From the NCBI GenBank assembly GCA_964482665.1, contig CAYZYW010000004.1, positions 1-40,800 on the forward strand: a stretch of 40,800 nucleotides of DNA, given 5' to 3'. Positions 28,793 to 38,164 of this stretch are shown here, in pieces (the first letter of the stretch is position 1; the number at the start of each line of letters is the position of its first letter). Made by a program: the position numbers and the translations under genes. The notes below the pieces were generated by a model. That model did not search any database, had not been told where the DNA came from, and saw nothing but the letters and a program-made list of their open reading frames with translations. Source of the stretch: Candidatus Woesearchaeota archaeon (GTDB taxonomy: Archaea > Nanobdellota > Nanobdellia > Pacearchaeales > GW2011-AR1).

Positions 28793-29284
28793 TTAATGAA
28801 AAAAAGATTTTAACTCTTGTTTCAAGTCAGAAATTTGTGTAATTATTTTTCCTTTATACAAACCAATAAAATACTCTACTTGAAGATTCACAGTCGAACC
28901 TTCATTGTCAGCAGATAGTCTAAAATCTCCCCTATAGCCCAACGTTGGCTTTCCTAAAGCAGTGGCATAGCCAATTTCTGAGGCTGTTCCGCTATCAACA
29001 TCAACACCATCTAAAACAGCCACCAATCCCGATGACTCCTGAATTGCATCTGCATTATTTTTTCCAATAATTTTATTGAGTTCTTTCCACCGATCTCTTT
29101 TTTCTTGCCCATAAGGCAATTGTAAAACTGCGTCAACAAGATCGTCTGAAGTTAACTTCCAAGGATCAAGAACTAAATATCCCAATTCCTCAATTGCTGG
29201 AATAATTTTTGAATACATAAAATCTCTTCCGACCTCTGAAAATCCCAATGGAGAAGCTACATAAATTTTTGTTTTTTCAGACAT
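28793..29284 (-). CDS. Nucleoside 2-deoxyribosyltransferase-family protein
   Basis: IYVASPLGF, DGVDVDSGTASEIGYA, NLQVE motifs. Confidence 0.9.
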   Translation of the reverse strand: MSEKTKIYVASPLGFSEVGRDFMYSKIIPAIEELGYLVLDPWKLTSDDLVDAVLQLPYGQEKRDRWKELNKIIGKNNADAIQESSGLVAVLDGVDVDSGTASEIGYATALGKPTLGYRGDFRLSADNEGSTVNLQVEYFIGLYKGKIITQISDLKQELKSFFH

Positions 29285-29357
29285 GATATAAAAAATATAA
29301 ACTAAATATATAAAGATTTCTTTCTTTTAAATTCTTAATGCTTTAAAATTATCAATA

Positions 29358-29969
29358 TTACAAATCTTTCATATTAACAATCGAGGTTGAATTTAAATCC
29401 ATTCGTGGACAAGCTGTATTTACCCAACTTTCTAATTGGAAGTTTTCAGATTCTGCCATGTTTAAATCGTTTGCTAAAAATAAATATGATTTTTTTGAAT
29501 TTAGATTTTTTTTGAATTTTAAAGCTTGATTAAATCTTTGTTGTCCTGGTTTTGTTGAAATTAAAATTCCAATTTTATCTGAATTTAGATATTTCATATA
29601 TGCTCCCTTTTTTCTTTTTTCTAATTTGTCAACCTCTGTATTTGGAATTTTTTGCAAAGTGTTGTGAGAATAAAGATGGACTTGAATTTTGGATTCGCGC
29701 ATTAATGAAACTGCGTGAAATCTTCCTTCTCCTATTAATAAAATTGACTCTGTGTTTTTCTTAAACCTTGGATTTGAACAGCCTAAAACCTGAATGAAAT
29801 CTGTTATATTATTTGTTTTTGATAGAATTGTTTTTATTTCTAAGGCTATGTCTTTAAATTGAATCGAATAAGCTATTGCGATATTTTTTGATAAAGGCTT
29901 TGTTAAAGATATTAATTTTTTTGTGTTAAGTTTTAATCTAGATTTCGCTGGAATAAATAATGTTTTCAT
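29358..29969 (-). CDS. dph2: Diphthamide biosynthesis Dph2-family protein, N-terminally truncated (203 aa)
   Basis: QVLGC, GEGRFH, STKPGQ, VNTACPR motifs; start ATG 29969. Confidence 0.82.
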   Translation of the reverse strand: MKTLFIPAKSRLKLNTKKLISLTKPLSKNIAIAYSIQFKDIALEIKTILSKTNNITDFIQVLGCSNPRFKKNTESILLIGEGRFHAVSLMRESKIQVHLYSHNTLQKIPNTEVDKLEKRKKGAYMKYLNSDKIGILISTKPGQQRFNQALKFKKNLNSKKSYLFLANDLNMAESENFQLESWVNTACPRMDLNSTSIVNMKDL

Positions 29970-30003
29970 ATAAACCGAAAAGAGTTTGGGTATAAATAAG
30001 TAT

Positions 30004-30387
30004 CTAAGAGAATCTGCTTTCTTTTGGAGCCCTTGAAGGTTCTTTGTAAATTTGAGCAAAAGATGGTGTAACAATTATTGTATCTTCTAAAAATCCTGCT
30101 ATGCTTCCCTCAAGCGCATCTGTTGTTTTCTTGATTTTTGAAACGGCTCGCTTTAATTCAATTGGATCTCTTTTTCGTAAAATCTTAATGTCAATTACAG
30201 CAATACAATAACCTTCTCGTAATGCTGCCAAAATATCGTTAACATCTTCATATTGTTTTAATACAAATAGTTTCACAGCTATCTTTTTATCTTTCTTTTC
30301 TTGATGTAAATCTATCTCTAAATATTCGTCTCCCATTGATTCTACATCACTTGGCGATCCAAACGCCTTTTTTATTTTATTAAACAT
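30004..30387 (-). CDS. sepF: Cell division protein SepF
   Basis: EYLEIDL, LREG..AVIDI, LKRAV, GSIAG..IIVTP. Confidence 0.88.
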   Translation of the reverse strand: MFNKIKKAFGSPSDVESMGDEYLEIDLHQEKKDKKIAVKLFVLKQYEDVNDILAALREGYCIAVIDIKILRKRDPIELKRAVSKIKKTTDALEGSIAGFLEDTIIVTPSFAQIYKEPSRAPKESRFS

Positions 30388-30478
30388 AATAATTTTACAT
30401 TGAAGATATTTATAAAGATTTCGTAAGTTTAGTATATAGGTTTTGGATTTGATTGAATAATAAAGGAGATTTAATAAA

Positions 30479-30964
30479 ATGGAATTTGCTTATAATGATA
30501 GGATGAAAATAAGAAGAGGTACTAAAAATGATATATTTTCTGCGGAAAAACTGGTTTGCGATACATTTGCTAAATGTAATTACAATGAGGGCTCAAAAAA
30601 GAGTGTTCAGGGATATTTAGATATACATGATCCTGTAAAAAATTTAAAACGAATAAGTGAGATATTTGAACAAACTGAGATATATTTTATAGCAGTTGAA
30701 AATAACAAGATTATTGGGAAAATCAGTGGAAAAAGATTTAAAATTGGGAATTTATATGTAAACCCTCAATATCATAAAAAAGGTATTGCTAGAAAACTTG
30801 TTGAAAGATTTGAAAAAGAAGCTAAAAAACTAGGATCTAAAGAAATTAAAATTAAATCTTCTTTATATGCAATTCCCTTTTATCAAAAAATGGGTTATAA
30901 AAAAACAACCGGAATTAGAAAAATGATAGGATTAAATTTTCAACCAATGAAGAAAAATATTTAA
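30479..30964 (+). CDS. GNAT acetyltransferase (start may be 30503)
   Basis: LYVNPQYHKKGIARKLV, AIPFYQKMGY. Confidence 0.9.
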   Translation: MEFAYNDRMKIRRGTKNDIFSAEKLVCDTFAKCNYNEGSKKSVQGYLDIHDPVKNLKRISEIFEQTEIYFIAVENNKIIGKISGKRFKIGNLYVNPQYHKKGIARKLVERFEKEAKKLGSKEIKIKSSLYAIPFYQKMGYKKTTGIRKMIGLNFQPMKKNI

Positions 30965-31137
30965 GATTAAGAAAGTAGAAAATTTTGATAGAAACAAAAT
31001 CAAGAGAAATTTTTCCAGACCTTATTAATGAAAAATCAAATAGCTATTATCTGTCGAATGTGTGGGTGGATAGGTTGGCCATATAGATTGGTGGATTAAT
31101 TAAAATATAGAAAAGTTAGCAAATTTATTAATTAAAA

Positions 31138-31461
31138 TTATTCTTTTTTCATTCCAGACATAACTTCATCTCGAAGTTTTTGAACTTGGTCGTTCAACTT
31201 TTCTTCTTGATCTTCGAAATTTTTCATTCGAGTTTCAATAACTTTCTTTTTGTTTTCCATATCTGATTTGATTTTATCTTTTGACGTTTTTATCATTAAT
31301 TGTCCAACTATTTTGAAAACTTCATCTCCTGAGTTTTCTAATTCTTTTAATGCTGATTCTGTTTCATTCAATTCCATTTGAAAAGCTTGTTTCTGCATAA
31401 GCATATTTTGAAAGCCTTGTTCAAGCATTTGTAATTCTTGGATTTTATTTTGGTTTTCCAT
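31138..31461 (-). CDS. pfdB: Prefoldin subunit beta
   Basis: Coiled coil with central VFKIVGQLMIK hairpin. Confidence 0.92.
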   Translation of the reverse strand: MENQNKIQELQMLEQGFQNMLMQKQAFQMELNETESALKELENSGDEVFKIVGQLMIKTSKDKIKSDMENKKKVIETRMKNFEDQEEKLNDQVQKLRDEVMSGMKKE

Positions 31462-31599
31462 TTAATCTGTTTTTAATGTTTTAACTGCTGTTCGTGGCTT
31501 GAAAAAAATCAAACTTCCACAATGTGGGCAGACAAATCTTTTGTCAAGATCTTTTGAGTCGATTTCTTTTCCGCACTTGAAGCATTTATATGTTGTCAT
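31462..31599 (-). CDS. rpoP: DNA-directed RNA polymerase subunit P (Rpo12), missing from the ORF track
   Basis: Manual translation MTTYKCFKCGKEIDSKDLDKRFVCPHCGSLIFFKPRTAVKTLKTD; conserved position between rpl37ae and pfdB. Confidence 0.92.
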   Translation of the reverse strand: MTTYKCFKCGKEIDSKDLDKRFVCPHCGSLIFFKPRTAVKTLKTD

Positions 31600-31600
31600 T

Positions 31601-31819
31601 TTAATCTAAATAATATGTGTTTGATGCAAATGTTTTGTCGCATTTTTTGCAATTCCAAATTCCGTTTGCTTTTCGTTTTACGCCAAGCTTTTCACAGAAA
31701 GGACACTTTTGTTTAATTCTTTGTTTTTCTTCAACTTGAGTTAATTTGTTTCTAACTTTACGTCCGTATCTTGCACCGAAACGTCCTGCTGATTTTGTTT
31801 TTTTTAATTTTGTAGTCAT
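31601..31819 (-). CDS. rpl37ae: 50S ribosomal protein L37ae
   Basis: AGRFGARYG, CPFC...GIWNCKKC. Confidence 0.96.
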   Translation of the reverse strand: MTTKLKKTKSAGRFGARYGRKVRNKLTQVEEKQRIKQKCPFCEKLGVKRKANGIWNCKKCDKTFASNTYYLD

Positions 31820-31995
31820 TTTAGAACCTTAATATAATAAATTATAGAAATGGGTTTTAAAAGGTTTCGGGTTGTAAAGGGGGTGCTTAATTCCAAGTTA
31901 AATCAAAGATTCAATGAAACTATTTGAATTTGTACGGTGAAAATTCGATAGAACCATTATTCATTCAAATTTTTAATTTAAATCTAATAATAAAA

Positions 31996-32069
31996 TGGGA
32001 CTACCCGGATTTGAACCGGGGTCACGAAGTCCCAAACCTCGAAGCTTAACCAGGCTGGCCCATAGTCCC
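31996..32069 (-). tRNA. tRNA-Pro(TGG)
   Basis: Reverse complement GGGACTA...TAGTCCC-A acceptor, D arm AGCCTGG, anticodon stem CGAGG/CTTCG with loop TTTGGGA, T arm CCCGG-TTCAAAT-CCGGG; no intron, CCA not encoded. Confidence 0.95.
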
Positions 32070-32132
32070 TTATAAAATATTAGAGAATTAATGATTTATA
32101 AAATGTGCGTTATTATTGTTTTTCAAAAAAAA

Positions 32133-32726
32133 TTATTTTTTTTCAGCTGCTGCTTTTTCAGCTGCCTCTTTGATGAACTTTGCCTGATCTTCTTCAATTG
32201 TTTTAAAGTATTCATCAAGCTCTTTTTGTTTCTCATCTGATGTTTCAATTTTTTCTTCAGAAATTTCTTTATCATAAACTCCTGCATCAATATCTGCTTC
32301 AATTTTAACTGCACTTTTACTTTCAATTAAAACTCCCAAACTTACACATGATCCTACAATTGTTTTTACAGCTGTCTTTAAATTTCTACATAAAAGATTT
32401 GGCATTTTTGTTTTAGCAACTGAAATTATTTGTTCAATTGAAGCATTTGCAACTTTAACTTTTTCCTGCATTCCTGATGCCTTTTTCAAACCTAATTCTT
32501 TTTTTAATAATTCTGAAACAGGGGGTGATGAAATTTCAATCTCGAACTCTTTTGTTCCAGTATCAACTTGTAATGTTACAGGTACTTTCATTCCTTTGAA
32601 TCCAGCAGTTGCTTCATTAACTTTTGCAATTACATTGCTAATATTTATTCCGGCTGGTCCTAGCTGTTGACTTAAAGCTGGTCCTGGCTTCATTGCCCCG
32701 CCTTCTGCTAATAATTTAATCTGCAT
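32133..32726 (-). CDS. rpl11: 50S ribosomal protein L11 with acidic C-terminal extension
   Basis: GGAMKPGPAL...LGPAGINI, GMKVPV, GSCVSLGV. Confidence 0.96.
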   Translation of the reverse strand: MQIKLLAEGGAMKPGPALSQQLGPAGINISNVIAKVNEATAGFKGMKVPVTLQVDTGTKEFEIEISSPPVSELLKKELGLKKASGMQEKVKVANASIEQIISVAKTKMPNLLCRNLKTAVKTIVGSCVSLGVLIESKSAVKIEADIDAGVYDKEISEEKIETSDEKQKELDEYFKTIEEDQAKFIKEAAEKAAAEKK

Positions 32727-33171
32727 CTTCGTCTCCTTCTCTTCTTATAACTTTAACATTATCTATTTTTATGGTTACCGGTATTGGAATTGCGGCACCT
32801 AATAAGCTAACTACGACTTCGCCCTTTTGTTTATCAATTCTAGTGACCTTTGCTTTTTCTTTCTTGAAAGGTTCAGAAATTATTTCAACTATATCTCCAT
32901 CTTTAATTGAAACTGAAGTAGCTGATGGTTCAATCATGTTCTTTATTTCTTCGTATGTAATTGTTTTTCCAATTATTCCTTTAATATAAGGTAATCCATA
33001 AACTGCCTCTTCTGCTGCATCTCGCGTTTCAGATTCTAAAAGAATGTATCCTCGTAATCCATGCGGTCTTGAGACTGAAGCAATTTTAAGGTTTTTTTTC
33101 TGAGCCTTATCTGCAATCATTTCGACTGCTCTTTCTTCTTTGTTTGTTATTACTTTTATAATGAAAATCAT
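32716..33171 (-). CDS. spt5: Transcription elongation factor Spt5 (NusG)
   Basis: NGN domain (LRGYILLE) plus KOW motif (GDIVEIISEPFK). Confidence 0.95.
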   Translation of the reverse strand: MIFIIKVITNKEERAVEMIADKAQKKNLKIASVSRPHGLRGYILLESETRDAAEEAVYGLPYIKGIIGKTITYEEIKNMIEPSATSVSIKDGDIVEIISEPFKKEKAKVTRIDKQKGEVVVSLLGAAIPIPVTIKIDNVKVIRREGDEDAD

Positions 33172-33237
33172 TTTTTGACCAATCTAAGCATAAAATCTTA
33201 GAAAGATATAATTAAAGTGAGATAAGGGTTTATAAAA

Positions 33238-33417
33238 TTATCGAAAAAGTGATTTCATAATCACTGATATTATAAATCCAAAAAGTCCAAGAAATAAAAT
33301 CCCGAAGGCTGAAACTTTCGCTGTCATCTCAAATTCTTTTCTTGATGGTTTTTTCAAAACATACCAAACACGTTTACATTTTAATGCGAACGATTTTGTA
33401 AATTTCCAAGCTTTCAT
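33238..33417 (-). CDS. secE: Protein translocase SecE/Sec61-gamma (missing from the ORF track)
   Basis: Manual translation MKAWKFTKSFALKCKRVWYVLKKPSRKEFEMTAKVSAFGILFLGLFGFIISVIMKSLFR; ftsZ-secE-spt5 synteny. Confidence 0.93.
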   Translation of the reverse strand: MKAWKFTKSFALKCKRVWYVLKKPSRKEFEMTAKVSAFGILFLGLFGFIISVIMKSLFR

Positions 33418-33454
33418 AAAAATAATAAAGAGTATGAGTTTTTAATGTTTTTGC

Positions 33455-34552
33455 TTATTCGTAAAATTCAATTCCTAGTTCATCCTCAATTTCTTTATGC
33501 TTTAAGCTTTCAATTGATTCATTATGTCCAAGAATTTGCGAACTTTTAACACCTGTTACAATTATTAAAACTCGGATTGACTTTTCCATATCTGGTGATA
33601 TTTTTGCACCCCATATTAACTTTGCGTCTGGGCTTAATTTGTTTCCTACAGCTTCTATTATTGATTTACATTCATCTAAACTCATATCTGCTCCTCCAAC
33701 AACATTCACTAAAGCCCCTGTTGCGTTTGAAATGTCAACATCTAATAGCGGATTTTGAATTGCTTTTTCAACCGCGTCCATTGCTCTATTTTCCGCGTCC
33801 GATTCTCCCATTCCAATTAATGAAACTCCTCCATTAACCATTACGGCTTTAATGTCTGCAAAATCTAAATTTACCAAACCCGATGTTGTTACTAATTCCG
33901 TTACTCCTTTTACTGCATTTGTTAAAATCTCATCTGAAATTTTGAATGCTGTGTGTAAAGGCAAGTCGGGTGCTAACTCTAATAATTTATCGTTTGGTAT
34001 TACAATTAATGTATCGACTGCATTCTCCATTCTTTCCAAACCATCCATTGCATTTTCTATTCTTTTTTGTCCCTCAATTGTAAAAGGTAATGTTACAACA
34101 CCTATTGTCAAAGCTCCTTGTTTTTTTGCCAAATCCGCAACAACTGGTGCTGCTCCTGTTCCTGTTCCTCCACCTAAACCGCATGTTATGAAAACCATAT
34201 CACTATTTCCTAACTTTTTCTTTATTTCAGTAGCTGATTCTTTTGCTGCCTCTTTTCCAACTTTTGGATTACTTCCTGCTCCAAGTCCAGCTGTTAATTC
34301 TCTTCCAATTAAAATCTTCTGATCTGCGTTCGCATAAAGTAAATCTTGAGCATCTGTATTAAGTGCTATAAACTCTCCGCCCTTTATTCCAATATCTTTC
34401 ATTCTGCTTAACGAATTATTTCCTCCGCCCCCCAAACCACAAACTTTTATTTTTGCAGATTGCTTTTGTAAAATTTCAGCTAATTCTTTATCTATTTCAC
34501 TTGTCTTAGAAGATTGGCCAAAGCCTTCCTCTTTTTGAAAAATTTCATCCAT
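33455..34552 (-). CDS. ftsZ: Cell division protein FtsZ
   Basis: GGGGNN, GLGGGTGTG tubulin signature, NLDFAD. Confidence 0.98.
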   Translation of the reverse strand: MDEIFQKEEGFGQSSKTSEIDKELAEILQKQSAKIKVCGLGGGGNNSLSRMKDIGIKGGEFIALNTDAQDLLYANADQKILIGRELTAGLGAGSNPKVGKEAAKESATEIKKKLGNSDMVFITCGLGGGTGTGAAPVVADLAKKQGALTIGVVTLPFTIEGQKRIENAMDGLERMENAVDTLIVIPNDKLLELAPDLPLHTAFKISDEILTNAVKGVTELVTTSGLVNLDFADIKAVMVNGGVSLIGMGESDAENRAMDAVEKAIQNPLLDVDISNATGALVNVVGGADMSLDECKSIIEAVGNKLSPDAKLIWGAKISPDMEKSIRVLIIVTGVKSSQILGHNESIESLKHKEIEDELGIEFYE

Positions 34553-34684
34553 ATTAAATTTAGAAGTTGATTGTTTATAAAAATTGTTGTGTTAAAAGGG
34601 GTATATTATTGAAACATTTTTATAAAAAGATGCCTGAAAAAATCACTTGATTATTTAATAATTCCAAACTCAGGGAAAGAACTC

Positions 34685-35044
34685 ATGAAGGTTCGAAAAG
34701 CTCGAGCGAAAAAAGCGTTGAAAAATCGTGTTGTTTATAATGTTTTGATAATTAAAGACAAAGATAGTGAAGAAGATATTTTATATTTGGGAAAAATTTT
34801 GAAAAAAGGTAATAGGGTTGGAATTGATACTTTTCATTTGCATTTTAAAGAATACAAAGAATTAATCAAGAAAGCGAAGCGTGATGGAAAATTTCCAAAA
34901 GGAGTTAAAATTGAAAATATTAATGGCTTTTTATCCAGCCTATCCTTAGAACAACCTGATCCAAAAGTTAATCCAACTCCTAATGCAATCACTCCAGTTC
35001 CTATTTTTAATCTTTGTTTTAAGTCCATATTAATAAAACTCTAA
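34685..35044. pseudogene. Two overlapping convergent gene fragments (34685-35044 + and 34834-35028 -)
   Basis: The + ORF looks natural for ~80 aa, the - ORF has a signal/lipobox-like start (GLTFGSGC); each then reads into the antisense of the other. Confidence 0.4.
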
Positions 35045-35061
35045 AATCTAAATATATAAAA

Positions 35062-35763
35062 TTATTCTTTCTTAACTTCTTCTTTAGAAACTTCTTCTGC
35101 CTTTTTTTCAACTTTGGGAACTTCTTTTTTCTCAGCAGATTTTTCTTCTTCGACTTCAAGATCTAAATCTAGAATTTCCTTAAACTTGTCTTTGAATAAA
35201 ATTAAAAATTTACCAGCTTGCTCAGGTGCTTTCAATATTAACTTTTTATCTTTAATTTCAAAGGGGAAATCTTGTCTCAAGAAAAAATTAATTAATGATT
35301 TTGTTTTTTCTTCTTTCTTTTCTAATTTTCGTAAAACTTCAATTTTATAAGTTACATCTTTTCCTGCTAAAACATGATTGAAATCTACAATAACACGACC
35401 ACCTGAAACTGAAAGAACTTTTCCCATCTTGCCGTCAAAATTTAAAACCAATCCCTGGTATGGGTTTATTTTTTGAGCTGTAAAAACTTTTATTGGAACT
35501 ATCTGGACTTGTTTTGAATCACGCAGGCCGAATGCATCTTTTGCTTCAAGTTCTACTGAATATTCTCCGACATCTTTTCCTATTAAAAAATCCTCGATTC
35601 CTTTCAAAAACATTCCCTCTCCTAAGCAAAATACAAAAGGCTTTGAAGGAGATTTTAAACTTCCCTCTTTTATATCTTTCTCAATATTTGAATCAAAAAT
35701 TGTATTATCTTTCGTTTTTCCTGTGAAATTTATTTCAACAAAATCTTGTTTCTTGAATGTCAT
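35062..35763 (-). CDS. FKBP-type peptidyl-prolyl isomerase (long archaeal SlyD type)
   Basis: FVEINFTG...IFDS, AFG.RD, VDFNHVLAGK. Confidence 0.92.
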   Translation of the reverse strand: MTFKKQDFVEINFTGKTKDNTIFDSNIEKDIKEGSLKSPSKPFVFCLGEGMFLKGIEDFLIGKDVGEYSVELEAKDAFGLRDSKQVQIVPIKVFTAQKINPYQGLVLNFDGKMGKVLSVSGGRVIVDFNHVLAGKDVTYKIEVLRKLEKKEEKTKSLINFFLRQDFPFEIKDKKLILKAPEQAGKFLILFKDKFKEILDLDLEVEEEKSAEKKEVPKVEKKAEEVSKEEVKKE

Positions 35764-35854
35764 ATTAAAACGATTGGGAAGTTACTTAAAAAGTTTTTGG
35801 ATGGTTAATGCTAATCACACAAAATTTTATAAAGAAAGATATTTTGTATTTGAT

Positions 35855-36247
35855 ATGGTATTAAAAATAATTGGTGCAACTGAATCAAGAGTTGGTACAA
35901 ATATTCTTATTGATGGCAAACCTTTTACAATTAAAAGTATTGATATTTCAAAAACAGGTAAGCATGGTCATGCGAAATGCCGAATTGAAGCCGTTTCGAT
36001 TTTCCAGGGAAATAAAAAAGTTTTCGTAATTCCTGGACATGATAAACTGGAAGTTCCATTGGTTGAAAAACGGAAAGCTCAAATCTTATCAAAATCGGAA
36101 GGAAAGGTCAGCGTTATGGATTTGGAAAATTTTGAAACTGTTGAAATTGTTGTTGACGATCAGGACTTATTGGATTCGCTTGAAGAAAATGGTAATTGTG
36201 AATATTGGGATATCGAAGGTGAAAAATTAGTTAAACGGAAATTATAG
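35855..36247 (+). CDS. eif5a: Translation factor aIF-5A
   Basis: Hypusine motif SKTGKHGHAK; start ATG 35855. Confidence 0.96.
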   Translation: MVLKIIGATESRVGTNILIDGKPFTIKSIDISKTGKHGHAKCRIEAVSIFQGNKKVFVIPGHDKLEVPLVEKRKAQILSKSEGKVSVMDLENFETVEIVVDDQDLLDSLEENGNCEYWDIEGEKLVKRKL

Positions 36248-36301
36248 TTTTATTGGAGTTTGAATGCTAAGTTTTAAAAACTCTTTATCTATAAAATTAA
36301 T

Positions 36302-36463
36302 ATGGGAAAAATAGTAGAAGCAATGAATCGTTTGTTTAAGAATAAATTTGTATGCTTAAATTGTAAAAGTACAATACGTGCTGATACTCAGAAAATTCTT
36401 AAAGGCAAAGTCAAATGTAGAAAATGTGGAAAGAAACAATTTCGACCACTAAAAAAGAAATAA
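36302..36463 (+). CDS. rpl40e: 50S ribosomal protein L40e (missing from the ORF track)
   Basis: Manual translation MGKIVEAMNRLFKNKFVCLNCKSTIRADTQKILKGKVKCRKCGKKQFRPLKKK. Confidence 0.9.
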   Translation: MGKIVEAMNRLFKNKFVCLNCKSTIRADTQKILKGKVKCRKCGKKQFRPLKKK

Positions 36464-36479
36464 ATACATTGAGGTGAAT

Positions 36480-37904
36480 ATGAACTTTATAATACTAGAC
36501 CTTTCGTTACTTGCAATTTTTCTAATCTCGATTTCAATTCTTCTTTATAAAAATAAAAAAAATCTAGTTCAAGATGGACCTCTTTATTTATATAAAGCTC
36601 AATGGGGAATTAATTTAATTAAGAATGTCGGTAAAAAATATTCAAACTTTTTAAAAAAAATTAGCTATGTTTCAATGGGTGTAGGTTACGTTTTGATGGC
36701 CGGCATTGTATTTTTAATTTTACAAACAGTTTACCTTTATCTTACAACTCCAATTGCTAGAGCAATTAAAGCTCCACCAATTATGCCCTTGATTCCATAC
36801 TTTCCTAAATTGTTCGGACTTAGTAGCATGTTTCCTCCATTTTATTTTATATATTTTATTTTAGCATTAATAATTGTTGCAACAGTTCATGAATTTTCGC
36901 ACGGAATTTTCGCAAAAGCTTTTGGAATACGAATTAAGACAACCGGTTTTGCTTTTTTCAAATACTTCCCTGCCTTGTTTGGTGCATTTGTAGAACAGGA
37001 TGAAAAACAAATGAATAAGCAAAGTAGATTTGCAAAAATGAGTGTTATCTCTGCTGGTGTATTTGCAAATGTTTTAACTGGGTTTTTATTTTTTGGACTT
37101 TTGATTTTAACATTTTCACTTTCATTTAGCGCATCAGGTGTTGTGTTTGACACATATAGTTATTCAGCTGTAAAAATTTCAAACATATCGAGCGTTAATG
37201 GAATTTCAATTGCGGATTCAAATTATGATAATATTCTTGACTTATTAGAAGAAAATAAAACAAATAATGTTTCAATCGGAGATGTTAATTATTTGACAAC
37301 AATAGAATTTTTTGAAAAACAAAAAGAATACAATGGGTCAGCAATTCTTTATCATGATTCTCCTGCCTTGAATGCTGGACTTTATGGAGCTATTCATAAA
37401 ATTGATGGAGAGATTATTAACAATCGAGATACATTGAAAAAAATATTGAATGAAAAAAATATTGGAGATGTTATTACAATAACTTCTATAGATGATGATA
37501 AAAAAGAAATAGAAACTGAAATCGTTTTGGGTGAACATCCTGAAGAGGAAGGTAGAACATGGATTGGAATTGGATTTATGGAAAAAAACACAGAAGGTTT
37601 TAGAGGAAAAATTTATTCATTCTTTTCATCATTTAAGGATTCAAGTATTTATTATACCCCTGATTATGAAGTTAGTTATTTCATTTATCATTTGTTATGG
37701 TGGATTGTTTTGATTAATTTTGCCGTTGCTTTATTCAATATGCTTCCGGTTGGAATTTTAGATGGTGGTATGTTCTTTTATTTAACGTTAGAAGGTCTTA
37801 CAAAATCAGAAAAATTTTCGAAAAAAGCATTTAGTTTTATGAATTGGTTTTTCTTGCTATTGTTTGTTACTTTAATGGTTAGATGGGTTTTTATTTTCTT
37901 TTAA
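36480..37904 (+). CDS. Site-2 protease (M50) with PDZ-like domain
   Basis: HEFSH, GAFVE, SAGVFAN, FNMLPVGILDGG; SD GAGGTGA upstream. Confidence 0.93.
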   Translation: MNFIILDLSLLAIFLISISILLYKNKKNLVQDGPLYLYKAQWGINLIKNVGKKYSNFLKKISYVSMGVGYVLMAGIVFLILQTVYLYLTTPIARAIKAPPIMPLIPYFPKLFGLSSMFPPFYFIYFILALIIVATVHEFSHGIFAKAFGIRIKTTGFAFFKYFPALFGAFVEQDEKQMNKQSRFAKMSVISAGVFANVLTGFLFFGLLILTFSLSFSASGVVFDTYSYSAVKISNISSVNGISIADSNYDNILDLLEENKTNNVSIGDVNYLTTIEFFEKQKEYNGSAILYHDSPALNAGLYGAIHKIDGEIINNRDTLKKILNEKNIGDVITITSIDDDKKEIETEIVLGEHPEEEGRTWIGIGFMEKNTEGFRGKIYSFFSSFKDSSIYYTPDYEVSYFIYHLLWWIVLINFAVALFNMLPVGILDGGMFFYLTLEGLTKSEKFSKKAFSFMNWFFLLLFVTLMVRWVFIFF

Positions 37905-38094
37905 TTAAGAAACCCCTGGTTTCTTAACAACTTCCTCACATCCGGTTGGGCAGCATCTTTCTTGCACTTTGGGATGCCACATTGGCCCGTCTAGCGGTCC
38001 TTTTTCGTGTGCTGAATAAGTTAGGGTTGTTGACGATAGGTAAGAGATGGTTTATAATAGGTGAAATGTTTTGTGAGGTGGCTAGATTGTTTGA
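37904..38094. repeat. Dispersed structured repeat element, copy 2
   Basis: Same hairpin start and core as 23773-23985; lacks an 18-nt segment present in copy 1. Confidence 0.9.
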
Positions 38095-38127
38095 TAGGGA
38101 AGAAGTAATATATATTATTCTGAATAT

Positions 38128-38164
38128 AAAAGTTTATAAATTAAAATTGTGATAATTTTTTATG
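38128..38164 (+). promoter_or_regulatory. Duplicated 37-bp promoter/start block, copy 1
   Basis: AAAAGTTTATAAATTAAAATTGTGATAATTTTtTATG; 36/37 identical to 38487-38523. Confidence 0.8.

Noticed and set aside
29970-30074. N-terminal extensions in the ORF track (dph2 from 30074, aIF-5A from 35723, pilin-like from 19377)
   Set aside because: They overlap neighbouring genes; downstream ATGs fit the promoter spacing, gene coupling and family starts better.
37928-38028. DGR template/variable repeat pair
   Set aside because: Differences are not restricted to adenines on either strand, neither core lies in a credible target gene, and there is no reverse transcriptase in the window.
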